A DNA stretch of 64,000 nt from Candidatus Bathyarchaeota archaeon (lineage in GTDB: Archaea > Thermoproteota > Bathyarchaeia > Bathyarchaeales > DTEX01). Positions 60,921-64,000 of the stretch are shown here, in pieces. Below the pieces are notes generated by a model. It ran no database searches. It saw only the letters and a program-made list of their open reading frames with translations, and had not been told where the DNA came from. The stretch lies in the NCBI GenBank assembly GCA_963714275.1, contig CAVQNT010000002.1, positions 128,001 through 192,000 on the forward strand, read 5' to 3'. The first letter of the stretch is position 1; every line of letters begins with the position of its first letter. Both the position numbers and the translations under genes were made by a program.

Positions 60921-62124
60921 TCACTCCATCTCTATTGTTGCCGGAGGTTTGGATGTCACGTCATAGTAAACAGCTGAGACATTGGAGCATTCCTTAAGAA
61001 TCTGACCTGCTGTTTCTTGAAGGGTCGACAATGGAATATTTGCAACTTCTGCTTTAAGAAAATCTTTTGTCTCGACAGCTCTGACAGAAATTACGTATGG
61101 TTGTTTTCTGTCTCCTTCGCCTACCTCATACAGCACCCGTGTAGCAGACCGCATCTGCGCCAAAACCCTCTGTTGCAGCCCAAACAGTTTTTCTATACTA
61201 GGCTGATACAATTTATCGTTGTCTTTTCGGCATGTCACCGCCACAATTTCGCCATACCTTCGAGCCCTCTGTTTCATGCCAGTGGCTTTATCTAAAAACA
61301 CCTTTATCCAAACCTTTGTTGGGCTTAAATTCAGATATCTGGCTGTTGAATCTACCATTTTTCTCAGGTTCGGGCGAGGATAAATTTCGTCATTATCAAT
61401 GATGGCAGCAAAATACTGGCTTGGCTTATGCTTGGTAAGGTTGCTTTCCGTAATCGAAGTTACTTTCTTAAGCGACGCCAACTTTTCAGGCGTAATTTCT
61501 CCCACGACTCTTACGGAAAGTCCAGGTCCAGGGAAGGGCTGCCTTTCCGAAATTTCAGGCGGGATTTTCATGTATCTGGCTACTTCCCTAACTTGATTTT
61601 TCAGCAGAGTCACTAAGGGTTCGACAACCTTGAATCCATAGAGTTCCCGCGTGCTGATGCCCATCTGTTCGAGGACGTTGTGTTGGGTCTTTATTCCGCC
61701 TTTAGTCTCGATGATGTCTGCGAGGATTGTGCCTTGAACCATAAACTGGCTTCCCTCGCGTTTCGCTATGTCGCTTAGGGTCTCATAGAAAGTTTTCCTG
61801 AAGGCTTTCCGTTTCTCTTCGGCGTCTCTCAGTCCGCTGAGTGCCTTTAAGAATCTTTCTTGTACCCGTTCAATCTTCATTGGGAGGTTCAAAGGGGGCT
61901 GCGAGAGGAGCTCTGAGACTTTTTCGGGTTCGCCTTCTCGCATGAACGCGTCGTCCAGTATGACGCAGATGAGGTTTTCGCCTATTGCTTGATGGACCAA
62001 TACAGCGCACGTTGAGTCTGTCTACTCCGCCTGAAACTGCTATTACGGCTTTCTCGTTGCCTATGACTGCTTTTATTTCTTTTATTTGGTTCTTAACAAA
62101 GTTTTTCGCACTAAAACCTTTCAT
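60921..62124 (-). CDS. guaAB: GMP synthase ATP-pyrophosphatase subunit (B), frameshifted near 62017
   Basis: SGGVDSS PP-loop after repair, QGTI.AD, IKTQHNV, RQPFPGPGL..R, YDVTSKPPATIE. Confidence 0.9.
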
Positions 62125-62224
62125 GTGACAACACTCTCTTTTTTTGGATGTCGTAATCCTCAATCAAGATTTGATATACACTCTATTTTAATAGCAAATT
62201 CTTTTAAACTTAAGTTTTATACAT

Positions 62225-62231
62225 AGTATTA
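62225..62231 (+). promoter_or_regulatory. AGTATTA box upstream of the RHH gene (candidate aCcr1-type operator)
   Basis: AGTATTA 43 nt upstream of the ATG, just downstream of TTTTATAC, within AGTATTAATATTAATGTATT. Confidence 0.35.
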
Positions 62232-62273
62232 ATATTAATGTATTCGCGCATGTTATGTTGAGGCGTAAGCTGT

Positions 62274-62417
62274 ATGAAGCTTGTAACGGTCCTACTTCCC
62301 GAAGCTTATCTTGAAGGTCTCGATGAACTCGTCAGGCAAAACATGTACCCAAGCCGAAGCGCAGCCATCCGAGCTGCAGTACGCGACCTCCTAAGAAGAG
62401 AACTGTGGACCAGATAG
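62274..62417 (+). CDS. Small ribbon-helix-helix regulator (aCcr1/CdrS-like), absent from the ORF track
   Basis: MKLVTVLLPEAYLEGLDELVRQNMYPSRSAAIRAAVRDLLRRELWTR*, 47 aa. Confidence 0.85.
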   Translation: MKLVTVLLPEAYLEGLDELVRQNMYPSRSAAIRAAVRDLLRRELWTR

Positions 62418-62456
62418 CCAAAAAGGGCTTTTTGTCAGTGACAATTAGATTGACTG

Positions 62457-63218
62457 TTATGTTTTAACGGAATCTCGGAACGTTCTCGCAGACTTTTTTG
62501 GACTGTAAGCGAGCGTTATTGCTCTACCAACAATCAGGTATTGTGAGCCAGCTTCAGCAGCTGCTTTAATGTCTCCGCCTTGGGCACCAACGCCGGGCGA
62601 ATAGATAGGCACCTTTCCTCCAAGTACAGCGTGGACTTCCCTTATTTTTTCGGGGAATGTTGCACCCACAATTACGCCATCCGCTTTCCACGATAAAGCC
62701 TTTTGAGCGAAAACCGTGTACTGCAACTTAGGTTCGCCGGTATTTGGGTCGTGGATTTTTTGTCCGTAGCCTTCCCACGCGGCTTTGTGGCTCATATAGA
62801 CGAGTAGAATTACGCCTCGATTCATGGTTTCCGCAACCTCGAAGACGGATCGAAGCCCATCTTCCCATCCCACGAACGGGTTCGCAATCACTGCGTCGAA
62901 GCCTGCGCGAAAATAGTTTTCGGCTATGACGCGGTTCGTGTATCCTACGTCGTTGATTTTGCAATCCATTATGACGGGCAGTCCGAGGCTGTGCGCTTTG
63001 TCAACGATTTTTTTCACTCCGTCAAACAGTCCAAGAGGCAAGATTAGATGATAGTTCAACTTCAGCCCGCATAGGTACTGATGCGTCTCCTCAAGAATCT
63101 TGATGCCTTTTTTGGTGAGGTCTCCAGCGTCTTCTGGGATTTGATCCAAAGCCAACACAATGTTGGAATCCTTCTTTTCCGCTGACTCTTCCATCTTCAA
63201 CCTGAACGACAACCACAT
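62457..63218 (-). CDS. pyrF: Orotidine-5-phosphate decarboxylase
   Basis: VLALD, DCKINDVGYTN, VGAT.P, SPGVGAQGG, IVGRAI. Confidence 0.93.
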   Translation of the reverse strand: MWLSFRLKMEESAEKKDSNIVLALDQIPEDAGDLTKKGIKILEETHQYLCGLKLNYHLILPLGLFDGVKKIVDKAHSLGLPVIMDCKINDVGYTNRVIAENYFRAGFDAVIANPFVGWEDGLRSVFEVAETMNRGVILLVYMSHKAAWEGYGQKIHDPNTGEPKLQYTVFAQKALSWKADGVIVGATFPEKIREVHAVLGGKVPIYSPGVGAQGGDIKAAAEAGSQYLIVGRAITLAYSPKKSARTFRDSVKT

Positions 63219-63300
63219 TCCCCTTTCCTTCACAATCCTTTTCCGCATTCTTAAGCCTTTACGGTTGATAAATAAAACAGACAAGATAAAACCCGCACAC

Positions 63301-63390
63301 TTTTACGCCCAAAAAATGCAGAACAGGTGTGCTGCAAAAAAGAACAGGTCTTCACGGATAATGGCTATTGTCACACAAACAGACCAGTCT
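63301..63390 (-). repeat. Dispersed non-coding repeat, copy B
   Basis: Reverse complement AGACTGGTCTGTTTGTGTGACAATAG..ATCCGTGAAGACCTGTTCTTTTTTGCAGCACACCTGTTCTG matches 37074-37186. Confidence 0.65.
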
Positions 63391-63519
63391 GATACACAAT
63401 GAATCAAGAATTGTTGAAGGACATTAAAAAACTATAAGAATTTTGCACATTCGTTGTCGTTTTAGAATTTTGGTGTTAAGCGCCACACTTATAAGATATT
63501 GCAGTATTTAGGATGAACC

Positions 63520-63868
63520 ATGTCTACCACTTTGACCATCGCAATACTGCGGAAAGAACAAAAAAAGATCGAAGATCTGCTTGTTGAGCTAGAAGCCAAA
63601 AAGAAGACTGTTGACGCGAAATACGCTTCGGTGATGGAGGAGGAAAACAAGGTCTACGATGAGCTCAGGAAATGCCGCGATGTGCAACTGTATAATAAGC
63701 TCCAAATTCAGCTAAACGCAGTCTTCAAGACGCAGGAAAGAAGTGGAAGCCAAGAAACAGGAGACGGACAGAAAAATACGTGGATATCAGGACGAACTGG
63801 AAAAAGTTAAAGCTAAAATTGAATACATGAAGCCCAAAAGCGAACTAGTGGAACACAAAGAAGAGTAA
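63520..63868 (+). CDS. Coiled-coil hypothetical protein, frameshifted near 63722
   Basis: After AGTCT is repaired to AGCT it reads ..LNAASRRRKEVEAKKQETDRKIRGYQDELEKVKAKIEYMKPK.., about 115 aa. Confidence 0.65.
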
Positions 63869-64000
63869 TTAATGTAAAATGCTCACTTCAAATTTGAATT
63901 ATAAACAGCCATTATCACACAAATTCAGTCTTTTTCCTCAAAAAAGGCAATAGTTGACAGCACAACTTGTCTTACGTCAGCTTAGCTTGTGTTTATATGT

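Noticed and set aside
142-63402. Many antisense or overlapping ORFs in the track (e.g. 32617-33264, 51938-52657, 46205-46780, 42386-42631, 42417-42641)
   Set aside because: Shadows of well-supported genes on the other strand or frame, with no motifs of their own
552-63724. Programmed frameshifting or mass pseudogenisation as the cause of split genes
   Set aside because: Essential genes (leuS, alaS, spt5, radA, topA) are hit, there are no slippery heptamers, and the shared AGCT context points to a sequencing artefact

Overview
Gene-dense archaeal chromosome segment, most consistent with Bathyarchaeia (TACK). This placement is an inference from gene content: archaeal ribosomal, proteasome, exosome and RNase P genes, egsA, SepF, Arcadin-1, an OSTC/OST3-6-like protein, a His-less splicing endonuclease subunit and a URO-D-family protein. 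Most of the window is housekeeping (translation, transcription, RNA processing, radA, topA, cdc6, purine/pyrimidine genes). Small accessory patches include an AT-rich MTase+HNH restriction-modification pair, an RraA-VOC-PPC cluster, a divergent DNA ligase and an ArsR fusion protein. There is one tRNA-Arg(CCG) with a non-canonical 29/30 intron. About 18 genes, several of them essential, carry single-base frameshifts that look like long-read errors. About 15 of these are repaired by restoring the palindrome AGCT, which suggests genome-wide AGCT cytosine methylation. Other highlights: a minimal ATP-dependent ligase with a Zn-ribbon insert and C-terminal PIP box, an apparent clean inversion of the secE-to-uL10 block, a dispersed non-coding repeat, and two real genes missing from the ORF track (a CTG-start Pop5 and an aCcr1/CdrS-like RHH gene with an AGTATTA box). 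All calls come from reading motifs by eye. No database searches were run.
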